Assembly (NCBI GenBank): GCA_030390025.1
Contig: CM059432.1
Location: forward strand, 94,738,001-94,802,000
Direction: 5' to 3'
Source of the DNA: Squalus acanthias
Taxonomy: Eukaryota
Length of the DNA: 64,000 nt
The notes beneath the pieces were generated by a model, which was not told the origin of the DNA, ran no database searches, and worked only from the letters and a program-made list of their open reading frames with translations. The position numbers and the translations under genes were made by a program. Shown here one piece after another: positions 37,596 to 50,601 of the stretch (positions are counted from its first letter, which is position 1; every line of letters starts with the position of its first letter).

Positions 37596-38482
37596 TTTAT
37601 TCATTCATGGGATATGGCTGTTGCTGGCAAGGCCAGCATTAATTGCCCGTCCCTAATTGCCCTTGACAAGGTGGTGGTGAGCCGCCTTCTTGAACTGTTG
37701 CAGTCCGTGTGGTGAAGGTCCTCCCACAGTGCTGTTAGGGCGGGAGTTCCAGGATTTTGACCCAGCGATGATGAAGGAATGCCGATATATTTCCAAGTCA
37801 AGATGTTGTGTGACTTGTAGGGGAACTTGGAGGTGGTGGTGTCCCCATGCGCCTGCTGCCCTTGTCCTTCTAAGTGGTAGAGGTCGCAGGTTTTGGAGGT
37901 GCGTCGAAGAAGTCTTGGCGAGATGCTTCGATACATCTTGTAGATGGTACACACAGAAGCCTCAGTACGCCAGTGGTGGAGGGAGTGAATTTTTAAGCTG
38001 CTGGATGGGGTGCCAATCAAGAGGGCTGCTTTGTCCTGGATGGTATCGAGCTTCTTGAGTGTTGTTGGAGCTGCACTCATCCAGGCTAGTGGAGAGTATT
38101 CCATCACCTCTCCTAACTTGTGCCTTGTTGATGGTGGAAAGGCTTTGGGGAGTCAGGAGGTGAGCAACTCACCGCACAATACTCAGCCCCTGCCCTGCTC
38201 TTGTAGCCACAGTATTTATGTGGCTGGTCCAGTTAAGTTTCTGTTCAATGGTGACCCCCAGGATGTTGATGGTGGGGATTTGACGATGGCAATGCCATTG
38301 AATGTCAAGGGGAGGTGGTTAGACCCTCTCTTGTTGGATATAGTCATTGCCTGGCACTTGTGTGGCGCGAATATTACTTGCCAATTCTCAGCCCATGCCT
38401 GAATGTTGTCCAGGTCTTGCTGCATGTGGGCACTGACTGCTTCATATCTGAGGAATTGTGAATGGAACTGAATACTGTGCAA
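37596..38482 (-). mobile_element. Crack/Daphne-like LINE, second copy
   Basis: MEYSPLAWMSAAPTTLKKLDTIQDKAA; homologous to 19109-20150. Confidence 0.88.
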
Positions 38483-39599
38483 ACATCATGTGCTCTTGCA
38501 TATATAAACATTGGATGGTATTCACTTTTATAGGGGTAGTTCACAGAAAGCTTTTAGCCTCCTAATTTTGTTTTTTCTTTCTCTCTGATTTTACATCTTC
38601 CATTTTTGTTCACTCTTTGAATACCAAAGATATTTTCAGCATTCAAAACACTCACCTCTTTCCTTCCCTGCAAGATGTCATAAAATTGATTTTCTGCCCA
38701 TTTCTGGAAATGAGTGGCACAAAATGGCTTTAAATAAATAAAATGGTATCAAATAATTTAGGTTTCTTCATAGCATAGTCTTGGAATTAAATAAACATTT
38801 GATTTAGATGCAGAAATGCTATAGAAAAAGAATTGTATGAACTAAATCATCTTTACTTAGAATCATAGAATGATACAGGACAGAATGCGGCCATTCGGCC
38901 CATCGTGCCTGTGCCAGCTCTTTGGTAGAGCTATCCAATTAATCCCACATCCCTGCTCTTTCCCCGTGGCCCTGTAAATGTTTTCCCATCAAGTATTTAT
39001 CCAATTTTCTTTTGTATGTTACTATTGAATCTGCTTCCACCACTCTTTCAGGCAATACAATCCAGATCACAACAACTCACTGTGTAAAAAATGTTTCCTC
39101 ATGTCGTCTCTGGTTCTTTTGCCAATCAACTTAAATCTGTGTCCTCTGGTTACTGAACCTTCTGCCACTGGAAACAGTTTCTCGTTATTTACTCTATAAA
39201 AACCATTCATGATTTTGAACACTGCTATCAAATCTCTTCTTAACCTTCTCTGCTCTAAGGAGAACAACCCCAGCTTCTCCAGTCTCTCCACATAACTGAA
39301 GTCCCTCATCCCTGGTACCATTCTAGTAAATCTCTTCTGCACTCTCTTCAAGGTTATGACATCCTTCCTAAAGTGTGCTGCCCAGAATTGAACAAAATAC
39401 TCCAGCTGAGGCCTAACCAGTGTTTTATAAAGGTTTAGCATAATATATTTGTTTTTGTACTCTATTCCTCTATTAGTAAAGCCAAGGATCCCATATGCTT
39501 TTTCACAGCTTTCTCAAATTGTCCTGCCACCTTCAATGATTTGTGTACATACACTCCCAGGTCTCGCTGTTCCTGCACCTCCTTCAAAATTGTATCATT

Positions 39600-40373
39600 G
39601 GGCTGGATTTTGTCTTGGGGTCGGGTTGGGGTCGTGTCATCCGCATTTCGTGTTCCCCCCTCCCCCGACTCCAGATTAATGTGGATGAATGATGCAATTT
39701 TCACTTAATTGGGCAATTGAGTTCCAGCATGTGGGAACCCATGAACTAATTAGTGGTTTCAGTCTGAAAGTCGCCTCTGATGATGTCATCATTGCTGCTG
39801 CATTGAAGGTCAGAGACTGCCTGCCTGTTGGTGAGAGAGGACCTGCCTGGCTTTTGCTGTGAGTGGACCTGGATGCAAAATATCAGAGAGAGAGAGAGAG
39901 AGAGAGAGAAAATTAGAATTAGAATTTTTTGCACCCAGGTCCTCTCACAGCAAAGGCCAGACAGTCTCTGAAGACATTCAATGCAGCAGCATCAGAGGCG
40001 ACTTTCAGATCTAATACTACTACTACCTTCATCACATCTCCGTTGTAATAGTGGACCTGCAGCTGATAGTCAGCTATCCACTTGTGCTCCCGCCAGGTTT
40101 CACTGGAGTGTTTCACATCAGGCGTACTTCACGTCGGACAAGGGTTAAACTAGCTAAAACATTTCAAAATGGCATTACAGAGCCAATTTAGGGCTTGTTA
40201 AGGGCTTTAATGGCCTCTCCCGCCTCTTGGAGGCGGGATGGAGTCGGGAACCCCGCCACTGATTTTGTCAAAATTGCGTGGAGTCGGGATGGGGTCGGGA
40301 CCCCCGACCCCGCAACATTAACCCCCCCACACGCCTCCAAACCCGACTCCACAGGTCATTCAAAATCCAGCCC
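39600..40373. mobile_element. Harbinger-type MITE (774 bp)
   Basis: Perfect 13-bp TIR gggctggattttg / caaaatccagccc. TSD ATT at 39597-39599 and 40374-40376. The CR1 sequence resumes after it. Confidence 0.9.
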
Positions 40374-40807
40374 ATTGAGTTCATATTGCTTCTCCTCATT
40401 CTTCCTACCACAATGTATCACTTCTCACTTGTTTGTGTTAAATTTCATCTGCCATGTGTCTGCCCATTTTACCAGTCTATGTCCTTCTGAAGTCTGTTAC
40501 TATCTTCCTCATTGTTTACTACATTTCCGAGTTTTGTGTCATCTGCAAACTTTGAAATTATGTCCTGTATATCCAAGTCCAGGTCATTAATGTTTTTCAA
40601 AAAGAGCAGTGGTCCTAATACCGACCCCTGGGGAACACCACTATATACTACCCTCCAGTCTGAAAAATAACTGTTCACCACTATTCTCTGCTTTCTGTCC
40701 CTTAGCCAATTTTGTATCCATACTGCCACTGTCCCTTTAATCCCATGGCCTTTAATTTTGCTAACAAGTCTATTATGTGGTACTTTATCTAATGCCTTTT
40801 GAAAATC

Positions 40808-41127
40808 TTCAACAGCACCTCATAAACCTGTGACCTCTACCACCTAAAAGAACAAGGGCAGCAGGCGCATGGGAACACCATCACCTCCAAATTCCCCTCC
40901 AAGTCACACACCATCCTGACTTGGAAATATATCGCCATTCCTTCATTGTCGCTGGGTCAAAATCCTGGAACTCCCTCACCAACAGCACTGTGGGAGTACC
41001 TTCACTGCATGGACTGCAGCGGTTCAAGAAGGCGGCTCATCACTACCTTCTCAAGGGCAATTAAGGATGGGCAATAAATGCTGGCCTTGCCAGTGATGCC
41101 CACATCCCAGGAACAATTTTTTTTTAA
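40808..41127 (+). mobile_element. Crack/Daphne-like LINE 3' fragment
   Basis: Reverse complement of ~19120-19430. Confidence 0.85.
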
Positions 41128-41979
41128 AGTCCATATCAAAGACCAAAGATCAATCATACTACCCTCATCAACCCTCTCCGTTACTTCATCGAAACACTCA
41201 CTCAAGTTAGTCAAACACGATTTGCCTTCAACAATTCCATGTTGACTTTCATTTATTACTTTTCCAAATGTCTCTAAACATTATTGTCTGTAAAAGTTTC
41301 CCCACCACAGACGTTAGACTGACTGCCCTGTAGTTGCCAGGTTTATCCCTCTCTCCTATTTTAAACAGGGGTGTCACATTTTCAATCCTCCAGTCTTCTG
41401 GCACCGCCCCTATATACAACGAGGATTGGAAGATTGTGGCCAGAGCCTCCGTAATTTACACCCTTACTTCCCTCTGTATCCTAGGTTGCACCCCACCGCC
41501 CCTCCTCCACCCCCGACCGGGTAACTTTATCTTTGAGAACTGCCAACCTTTTAAGTACCTCCACTTTATCTATTATTATCCTATCCAATATTACTACTGC
41601 CTCCTCCTTTATTGCTACATTGACAGCATCCTCTTCTCTAGTAAAATCAGATGCAAAGCACTCATTTAGTACCTCAGCCATGCCCTCTGCCTCCACAAGA
41701 TCTCCATTTTGGTCCCTACCTTTGACTATTCAAATGTTTATAAAAGACATTTCAGTTCCCTTTTATGTTAGCCAAAACTTGTTCTATCAATCAAACCTCC
41801 TTGTAGTCTATGCCTTTCTAAAGTAAAAAGTCCCAGCTCACCAAGGCTATCAAGGTAGCTGAGGGCCTTTAAGCTAAGTATCAGTCTAGAGGCCCTCCTC
41901 TGAATCTTTTCCAAGGCCTCCATGACACCCACCATGTGAGGGAAACAAAACTGGACACAGTGTTCTAGATGAGGCCTAT

Positions 41980-44900
41980 CAACAACAACAACTTGCATTT
42001 ACGTAGCGCCTTTAATGTAGCACAATGTCCCAAGGTGCTTCACAGGAGCGTTTTCAAAAAAAATTGACACAATCCACATAAGGAGATATTAGAACAGGTA
42101 ACCAAAAGTTTGGTCAAAGAGGTAGGTTTTAAGGAGGAGAGAGAGGCAGAGAGGCTTAGGGAGAGAATTCCAGAACCTAGGGCCCGCGCGGCTGAAGGTA
42201 TGGCCACCAATGGTGGAAGAATTCAAATCAGGAATGTGCAATAGACTAGAACTGAAGGAGCACAGAGATCTCGGAGGGTTGTACAGCTGGTAGAGGTTAC
42301 AGAGATAGGGAGGGGCGAGGCCATGGAGGGATTTGAAAACAAGGATGAGAATTTTAAGTTTGAGGTGTTGCTGGATCGGGAGCCAATGCAGGTCAGCGAG
42401 CCCAGGGGTGGTAGGTGAATGGGGCTTTGTGTGAGTTTTGATATGAGCAGCAGAGTTTTGGATGAGTTCAAGTTTATGGAAGGTGGAAGATGGGAAGCAG
42501 GCCAGGAGAGTCTTGGAATAGTCAAGTCTAGAGGTAACAAAGGCATGGATGAGGGTTTCAGCAGCAGATGTGCTGAGGCAGGGGCAGAGTTGGGCGATGT
42601 TATGGAGGTGGAAGTAGACGATCTTGGTGATGGAGCTGTAGGGGGTGGTGTTTTTGTGTCAGCTTTGCCTCTGACTTCTGAGAGGTTCGAATCGCTTCCA
42701 CTCCCTTGGTTCTAGACCTTGGACTTATTTGGGGGTTGTGGTACAAAAGGTGCAGCAGACAACTGAGTTTGATGAAAGAACTTCGATCTTTATTCAAGAA
42801 AGTAAAACACAACACAAACACTCTTAATCACTCTAAAGGTGGGGAACACTTCGGTACAAGCGAGAGAAATAACATTAGAAGAATACTTCACCCCTCCCAA
42901 TCCCACTTCACTAGCTAGGTTGGACTCTGGAGAACCAGGGATAATGCTCACCAAACGAATCCTTGACAGTTGAGAGTTAGGGTTTAGAGTCTTTTGAGTA
43001 AAAAGTTTTGTAAGGCCCTTGTTGCCGCGAGGTGTCCGATGGTCACTGAGGCGGTCGCTCTGGTTTCTTCTTGTGTGTCGGCCTGCTTCTGGAACTGTTG
43101 ACCTTCTTTGTTGAACTGTTTCTGTTGAACTCTGCCTCTGTTTAAACTGTCTTCTTCCCAGCTGTGGAACTGCCTTCTTGCAGAACTGTGGAAACTGCCT
43201 TCTGCCTGCTTGTTGAACTCCTTGCTGGAGAACTCGAACTTGAACTGTTGTAACTGCTTTCTCTTGAACTGCTTGATGGGCCTTCAATTATATTAAATTG
43301 AAGTGGCCTTATCAAAACCAAATCAAATCCCGGTCATTGTAAGACCTCGTTAACAGTAACGACTTTACTAGCGTGTTAACTGGTTTTGTAAATGTGTGAA
43401 GTGGTTTCAGGATAGCTCCATCCTGTCGATCTGTTGTTTAATCGGAGTTTGAATTGTCCTCATGTTTTGGGTTCCTAGGCTGATCTATAGCCTAGTCCTG
43501 GGTGCTCTGTATTATGCATATTTCTTGATGGGCCTTGTAATCGGTTTGATGGGACCTATTGTTCTGGGTGGGGCTGTCTTCTCCTAGGGTCTATTGTCAA
43601 AATGTTAATGCATGCTGGGGCTTTAAGTGAGGTCATCCCGATTCCCCAGACATTGCAATTAACTGCAATACCCAAACTGCTTTTACAGAGGTCGATCCCA
43701 ACTTCCTTCACAGCCTTTTCTCTCTTTACAGGCCCAGACATGTTTTTAAAATGCCAAAACTTGGTTTTTGGTCTTAAATTCCTTATGTTAGGCCCAAATG
43801 TATTTTTATCACTCTGAGGTAGTTCCAAAGTCCTTTTTCCTTAGGTTTTGGGGATCTGTAAATTTTGGAATCCTTACAGAGCGGGTATGTGGTTGGAAGC
43901 TCATCTCGGTCAAATAGGACGACAAGGTTGTGAATGGTTTGGTTCAGCCTCAGACAGGAAAATAGGAGAGGGATAGAGTCGGTGACTAGGGAATGGATTT
44001 TGTGGCGGGGAGCGAAGACAGTGGCTTCGGGCTTCCCATGGGTTGGAGTTCCTAGCTGCAAAGGAAAACGCCCAAATTTTCTTCCAGTGAGTGGAAGTAA
44101 AATTGGCCAGGTTCCTTTACAAGCATGTGCTCCAACCCAACAATTTTCCAATATTCATTGAACCCAGATGATGCAGTGCGCCTGTGCACAGACCCAGGAA
44201 AATCTCCTTGAGGTGACAATCTGTGCTGATGTTTAAGCTCATGGATGGCAAAGGCCTTGTTCACAAGTGAACGGACATTCTGGTGGGAAATACAGAGAGG
44301 GGCAGTGATAGCTGAGCCGCTGCCAGAGTCCACAGGGTCAGCACTGGGAGGGATGAGTTGGGTGGGAAGGGGACTGGCAGTATTAGGCCCCAGCAGGCGC
44401 GCTGGGCGGGAAAGCCGGTGAGAGAGTAGTATGGGACAATTGGGATTTCTGCTCGTAAGGAGGCAGTGACGAGTGCCTCGATGGGCGCTTCGGAGGATGC
44501 GAAGAGAGGCACAAAGGGATGCTGTAGGCTTATCTAAGAGGAAGTCAACCCTGGAATGGCGGCAGGAGAGTAGGAAGGTCGAAGAGTGCTGAAGGGTTGG
44601 GATGGGGATTTGGGAGGGGAGTAATGAAAGGAAGCATGGCGACAGGAGAGAGAGGTCTAGGAGGAGTAAAGAGAAAAGAAGTAAAAAGTGGGAGAAAAAA
44701 GTGGAAATAGAAGTGGTGGGCTCGGGTCCAGAGCGGCAGCCAAAATGCACACGCGAATGGACACAGGAAAAGCTAAAGTTAGATAGACCTGATTTCGTAG
44801 CAATTATTAGGATACGTATATCCTAGTAGTAAATAGGGAATAGAGAGGAGACAATAGGAGGGAGTCCAGAGTTAAAGTCAGAGGTCCCGTTGTGGGATAA

Positions 44901-45230
44901 AGTTGACGTAGGTAGGGTGGAATCAGCATGGAGCATCGATGAACTATTGTCCAAGTTCAGAGACAGGTGTGGTGGGCAAGTAAAGTCCAGAAACTATTTG
45001 AAGGGTAGAGTATTCAAAGACGCACTGATGGAGGTATGTCTGTAGGAATGAAGATCCAGGAGGTGGGCAGAATTGGTTGTGGGGCAGAAAAATAAAACGG
45101 TGGTGAAGTTGGGGTCACTGTAAGATCCAGAAGCGGCGGAGAAATGTACTTCGGCCCAGGAGCGTGAAACTCTAGCCATGAACCAGACGGCTTTGGCAAA
45201 ATCAAGCCAAAGTACTGAAGGTATGATATA
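41980..45230 (-). mobile_element. L2 LINE with large internal deletion, split by a solo LTR
   Basis: (caa)n tail at 41980, then ORF2 C-terminal pieces. APE start HQNVRSLVNKAFAIHEL at ~44235-44290. Confidence 0.8.
42637..43878 (-). mobile_element. Solo LTR (1242 bp; Gypsy- or ERV-type)
   Basis: TGTA...TACA termini. 4-bp TSD GAGC at 42633-42636 and 43879-43882. Poly-A signal on the minus strand at ~42789. The L2 reads through once the LTR is removed. Confidence 0.9.
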
Positions 45231-45524
45231 GATGTCTGGCAATGAAGGAAGGAGGTGGTAAAATAAGAGTGGAGATAGGCAATGTTGTGGAGGTGGAAGA
45301 AAGCAGTCTTTGTGATGGAGCAGATCCAGGGGAGGATGCTCAGCTCAGTGTCCAGCAATACACTAAGGATCTAAACCTCCTGACTGAGTTTGAGATGGTA
45401 GCCGGGAGGTTGATGTAGTCAAGGCTAGAGGCACATGGTTCCTGGCAGGAACTAGACCACTACAGAAATACCAAACTGAATTGAATTTGGCAAAATACTT
45501 TGTGCGGATGCAAGATTTGCAGTA

Positions 45525-46118
45525 TAATTATCACTTCTAGACTTGACTATTCCAACGCACTTCTGGCCAGCCTCCCTAGTTCTACCCTCCATAAACTTGA
45601 GTTCATTCAAAACTCGTTAGCCACCCGTGTGCTAACTTGCACCAAGTTCCGCTCACCCATCTCCCCTGAGCTTGCTGATCTACATTGGCTCCCAATTAAG
45701 CAACGCCTTGACTTTAAAATTCTCATCCTTGTTTCAAATCCCTCCATGGCCTCGTCCCTCCTTATCTCTGTAATCTCCTCCAGCCCTATAATCATCTTAA
45801 AGCTCTGCACTCCGCCTATTCTGGCCTTTTGAACATCCCCGATTTTAAATGCGCCACCATTGGTGGTTGTGTCTTCAACTGCCTAGGACCTAAGCTCTGG
45901 AATTCTCTCCCTAAATTTCTCTGCCTCTCCACTTCTCCTTCCTCCTTTAAGACGCTCCTTAAAACCTACCTCTTTGACCAAGCTTTTGGTCATCTGCCCT
46001 AACATCTCCTTATATGGCTTGGTGTCAAAATTTTTTTTTATAACACACCTGTGAAGTGCATTGGGACGTTAAAGGCGCTATATAAATATAAGTTGTTGAA
46101 TTTGTTGTTGTTGTTGTT
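45525..46118 (+). mobile_element. L2 3' fragment
   Basis: TSRLDYSNALL...LADLHWLP and a (ttg)n tail. Confidence 0.9.
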
Positions 46119-46231
46119 ATAACATATGAAAATGACGGACAGGAAAAGATCAGCTGGTCGATCAAGCCTGCCCCACACTGATGATGGCTAGAGAATCATG
46201 ACTAGACACTTCCTACCTTCCCCCACCTGCG

Positions 46232-46703
46232 GCCTTAGAGAGGGTGTTGAAAAGATTTACGAGAATGGTTCCAGGGATGAGGGACTTTAGTTGCGTGGAT
46301 AGAGTGGAGAAGCTGGGGTTGTTCTCCTTAGAGCAGTGAAGGTTGAGAGGAGCTTTGATAGAGGTGTTCAAAGTCATAAGGGGTCTAGACAGAGTAGATA
46401 GAGAGAAACTGTTCTCATTGGCGGAAGGGTCGAGAACCAGAGGACACAGATTTAAGGTGATTGGCAGAAGAACCAAAGGCGACATGAGGAAAAACTTTTT
46501 TACGCAGCGAGTGGTTATGATCTGGACTGCACTGCTTGAAATGGTGGTGGAGGCAAATTCAATTGTGGCTTTCAAAAGGGCTATAGGGAAAGGGTGGGGG
46601 AGTGGGACTAGCTGAAGTGCTCTCGCAGAGAGCCGGCACGAGCTCAACAGGCTGAATGGCCTCCTTCTGTGCTGTAACTATTCTATGATTCTATGATTCT
46701 ATG
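46232..46703 (+). mobile_element. CR1 3' fragment
   Basis: RGALIEVFK...RTRGHRFK and an (attctatg)n tail. Confidence 0.9.
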
Positions 46704-48044
46704 TAATCTCCTGGGAGAAATTCCTCTCCGACCCCCTTAGGCGATTGAAACCAGTTCAGGAGATCACATGGATCATAATCATTCCCAACAATTCATGACA
46801 CATAAATATATGATACCTAGCACAGAATATTGGCAAATGGTGAAATTTAAGAATGTCTTAAATGGTGTGAAATTGTATTGTCTATTAAAGCTGCCTTGTT
46901 CTGCTAACCTAATAGTTCAGAGAATAGCTGAGCCATGCAGAGTAGGAAGTTCCCTGGTTCAATTCATGGTTGCAGTTGAGTTATCTGATCTCAACCAAAG
47001 TTGCAATAGTGCCCCTACAATTGCCTTGGCACCTCTGGGTTAGGAAGCGGAAAATTAGTTAGGGTAACCGCTCCTCATTACTATACAGTGACTCTTTCTG
47101 GAAATCTGCATATGTACACATTGGGTGAGGACAGCCTGGGCACAATTGTGATGCCCCTGACGATTCAAATAATTTGACAACTCTTACTGTCAAGACTCAC
47201 ACATGATTAATGGTGACTTGGGTGAGGTACATTAGGTTGTTCAGTTACCTCTGCAACTGTACCCCATTGTAGCTGCCCTGGCTGCTATTTTTTCATGGGC
47301 AGGCTGAATGTTCAGTCTGACCATATAGACCACTTATGTGGTTTTCACATTGCTGGTCCGTAGAGATCTTTCCTAGCTATTGGGAAAGGTCCATTGGCCA
47401 GAAATTAAAATTATTATTGTGACTTTCAAACAACTGTACATGTGTTTTTTTGATACATTGCTTTTGTGTTGCTGTTGGTGCTGTGGAATCTGCCCCACAA
47501 TATAAACAGTCCAAACGCCACAGTATCAGAAGCCAAGATAAATAGAATCATTTCTGTTTGAAGTGGTTATTTTAGAGAGTCTGGCCATTAGTTGTCTTAA
47601 ATTGATATGATGAAGGGTTTTAACTGTTTTTTTAGCTTCTATCAAAGTAAATACTATTGTACCTCTAAGTCAACTATGGGATATTGAACTTCATTGACAT
47701 TCAATGAAAGAGGTGGTTGCACCATTGAATTAATTGTCCTTGCCAGTACAATGAAGCACTCAGAAAAACAAAACCATTGTTAGCTACACACCTGGACTTC
47801 ATTCACAAAATGTAAGTTGGCTAACATAGAAAATGCACCCAATACATCAGTATTAGATAACCCCTACATTTTATATGTAAATACCAACATAAATAACTAT
47901 CCTATGTTATAATTAACATTTTGACACCAATTATTGTTGTTTTCCCCACAGCAGCTCAAAGAATTGACTGTTGCACTGAGATTACTACTTCCACCTATAG
48001 CTTTTTGGGCAATAGTGCACAACAGAATGTTTTTTCTGATATAA

Positions 48045-49318
48045 AAACAGAAAATGCTGGAAATACTCAGCAGGTCAGGCAGCATCTGTGGAGAGAGAAA
48101 CAGAGTTAACGTTTTAGGTCGATGACCTTTCGTCAGAACTGGAAAAAGTTAGAGATAAAGCAGGTTTTAAGCAAGTGCAGGGGCAGGGAAAGGGGGGAGG
48201 AGAGGAAAGAACAAAAGGGAAGGTCTGTGATAGGGTGGAAGGCAGGAGAGATTAAATGACAAAAGGAGATGGTAATGGGACAAGAAACAAAAGATGGGTC
48301 TAGTAGAGGTGTAAATGGGAATAGCGGAATCAGCACCTGCTGGCCGAAAAAATGGGGGCAGAGGTTATGATCTGAAATTGTTGAACTCAATGTTGAGTGC
48401 GGAAGGCTGTAGAGTGCCTAATCGGAAGACGAGGTGCTGTTCCTTGAGTTCACATTGAGCTTCATTGGAACAGAGAAGGAGGCCGAGGACAGAGAGGTCA
48501 GAGTGGGAGTGGACCAAAGAATTTAGAATGGCAAGCAACCAGAAGCTCAGCATCACGCTTGCAGACTGAAAGGAAGTGTTCCACAAAGCGATCACCCAAT
48601 CTGCGTTTGGTCTCCCCATTGTAGAGGAGACTGCATTGTGAGCAGCGAATACAGTATACTAAATTGAAAGAAGTACAAGTAAATCGCTGTTTCGCCTCGA
48701 AGGAGTGGTTGGGGACCTGGACGGTGGGAAGGGAAGAGGTAAAAGGGCAGGTGTTGCATCTCCTGCGTTTGCATGGGAAGGTGCCGGGCGAAGGGGAAGG
48801 GGTGTTGGGGGTGATAGATGAGTGGACCAGGGTGTCGCGGAGGGAACGGTCCCTTCGGCATGCTGAAAGGGGAGGGGAAGATGTGTTTAGTGGTGGGATC
48901 ACGCTGGAGGTGGTGGAATGGCGGAGGATAATCCGTTGAACGTGAAGGCTGGTGGGGTGGATGGTGAGGACAAAGGGAACCCTATCGTGGTTCTGGGAGG
49001 GAGGGGAAGGGGTTAGAGCAGAAGTGTGGGAAATGGAACAGACACGGTCGAGGGCCCTGTCAACCATGGTGGAGGGGAATCTTTGGTTGAGCAAAAAAGA
49101 AGACATATCGGAAGCACTAGTATGGAAGGTGGCATCGTCAGAAGAGAGGCGACGGAGATGGAGAAACTGAGAGAATGAAATAGAGTCCTTATAGGAAGCG
49201 GTGTGGGAGGAAATGTAGTCAAGGTAGCTGTGGGAGTCAGTGGGCTTAAAGTGGATATTGGTCGATAACCTATCCCTGGAAATGGAGAGAGAGAAGTCGA
49301 GGAAGGGAAAGGAAGTGT
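48045..49318 (-). mobile_element. Penelope-like retroelement fragment (RT C-terminus plus GIY-YIG endonuclease)
   Basis: ORF 48498-49106 has PCKRRRCNTC, FTCTSFNLVYCIRCSQC and LLYNGETKRRLGDRFVEH. Confidence 0.9.
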
Positions 49319-49452
49319 CTTTCTGATATTGGATTAGTTGGCTGGTGCCTTTTGAACCTACTTGAGGATCTAGGTAAAAAAGCTCCTAGATATTCCTGAC
49401 ACCAATTCTGAAGTACTTATTCTCATAATAAAAGCTATTATACAATATTTAA

Positions 49453-50125
49453 TAAGAACATAAGAATTAGGAGCAGGAGTAGGCCATACAGCCCTTCGAG
49501 CCTGCTCCGCCATTCAATAAGATCATGGCTGATCTTCGACCTCTACTCCACTTTCCCGCCTGATCCCCATATCTCTTGATTCCCCTAGAGTCCAAAAATC
49601 TATCTATCTCAGCCTTCAATATACTCAACAACTCAGCATCCACAGCCCTTTGGGACAGAGAATTCCAAGATTCACAATCCTCTGAGTGAAGACATTCCTC
49701 CTCATCTCAGTCTTAAATGGCCAACCCCTTATCCTGAGACTATGCCCCCTAGTTCGAGACTCTCCAGCCAGGGGAAACAACCTCTCAGCATCTACACTGT
49801 CAATCCCCCTCTGAATCTTATATGTTTCAATGAGATCACCTCTCATTCTTCTAAACTCCAGATATAGGCCCAACCTACTCAATCTTTCATTATAGGACAA
49901 TCCTCTCATCCTAGGAATCAATCTAGTGAACCTTCGTTGCACTGTCTCGAAGGCAAGTATATCCTTCCTCAGGTAAAGAGACCAAAACTTAGGGGATTTG
50001 TTGGCTTTTAGTCCCATTCATTTCTCAAGTACTTTTCTCTACTGATATTAATTACTTTAAGTTCCTCACTCGTATTAGTCCCTTGGTTCCCCACTATTTT
50101 TGGTATTTTTTTGTGTCTTCTACTG
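49453..50125 (-). mobile_element. CR1 fragment with internal deletion
   Basis: ORF 49625-50017 joins GLKANKSP directly to FWSLYLRKDI. CR1 3' UTR present. Confidence 0.88.
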
Positions 50126-50127
50126 TG

Positions 50128-50583
50128 GGTGTCAGCTGTGGCTCAGTGGGTAGCACTCTCACTTCTGAATCAGAAGGTTGTGGGTTCAAGTCCCACTCCA
50201 GAGACTTGAGCACAAAAATCTAGGCTGACACTCAAGTGCTGCATTGTCGGAGGTGCCGTCTTTCGGATGAGATGTTAAACTGAGGCCCTGTCTGCGCTCT
50301 CAAGTGGACATAAAAGATCCCATGGCTCTAATTTGAGAAAGAGTAGTGGAGTTATCCCTCGTGTCCTGGCCAATATTTATCCCTCAATCAACATAACAAA
50401 AACAGATTATCTGGTCATTATCACATTGCTGTTTGTGGGAGCTTGCTGTGCGTAAATTGGCTGCTGCGTTTCCTACATTACAACAGCGACTACACGCCAA
50501 AAAGTACTTCATTGGCTGTAAAGCGCTTTGAGACGTCCGGTGGTTGTGAAAGGCGCTATACAAATCCAAGTGTTTCTTTCTTT
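50128..50583 (+). mobile_element. tRNA-derived DeuSINE (SacSINE1-like)
   Basis: A box tggctcagtgg, B box ggttcaagtcc, Deu-like core gtcctggccaatatttatccctca...aaacagattatctggtcattatc, and an L2-like tail aaggcgctata. Confidence 0.8.
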
Positions 50584-50601
50584 GCAACATTATAAGCCTC
50601 T

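Larger units (their letters stand above)
38857..41770 (-). mobile_element. CR1 LINE interrupted by a MITE and a LINE 3' fragment
   Basis: Pieces LYKTLVRPQLEY, GVPQGSVLGP/KFADD and MAEVLNECFAS. Tail tagaatcatagaat. Confidence 0.9.

Noticed and set aside
46900..47290. Possible old SINE (ggttcaattc B-box-like motif)
   Set aside because: Too degraded to delimit or classify by eye.
50130..50205. tRNA gene
   Set aside because: It has A and B boxes but no convincing cloverleaf, and it continues into a SINE body with a second copy at 62153.
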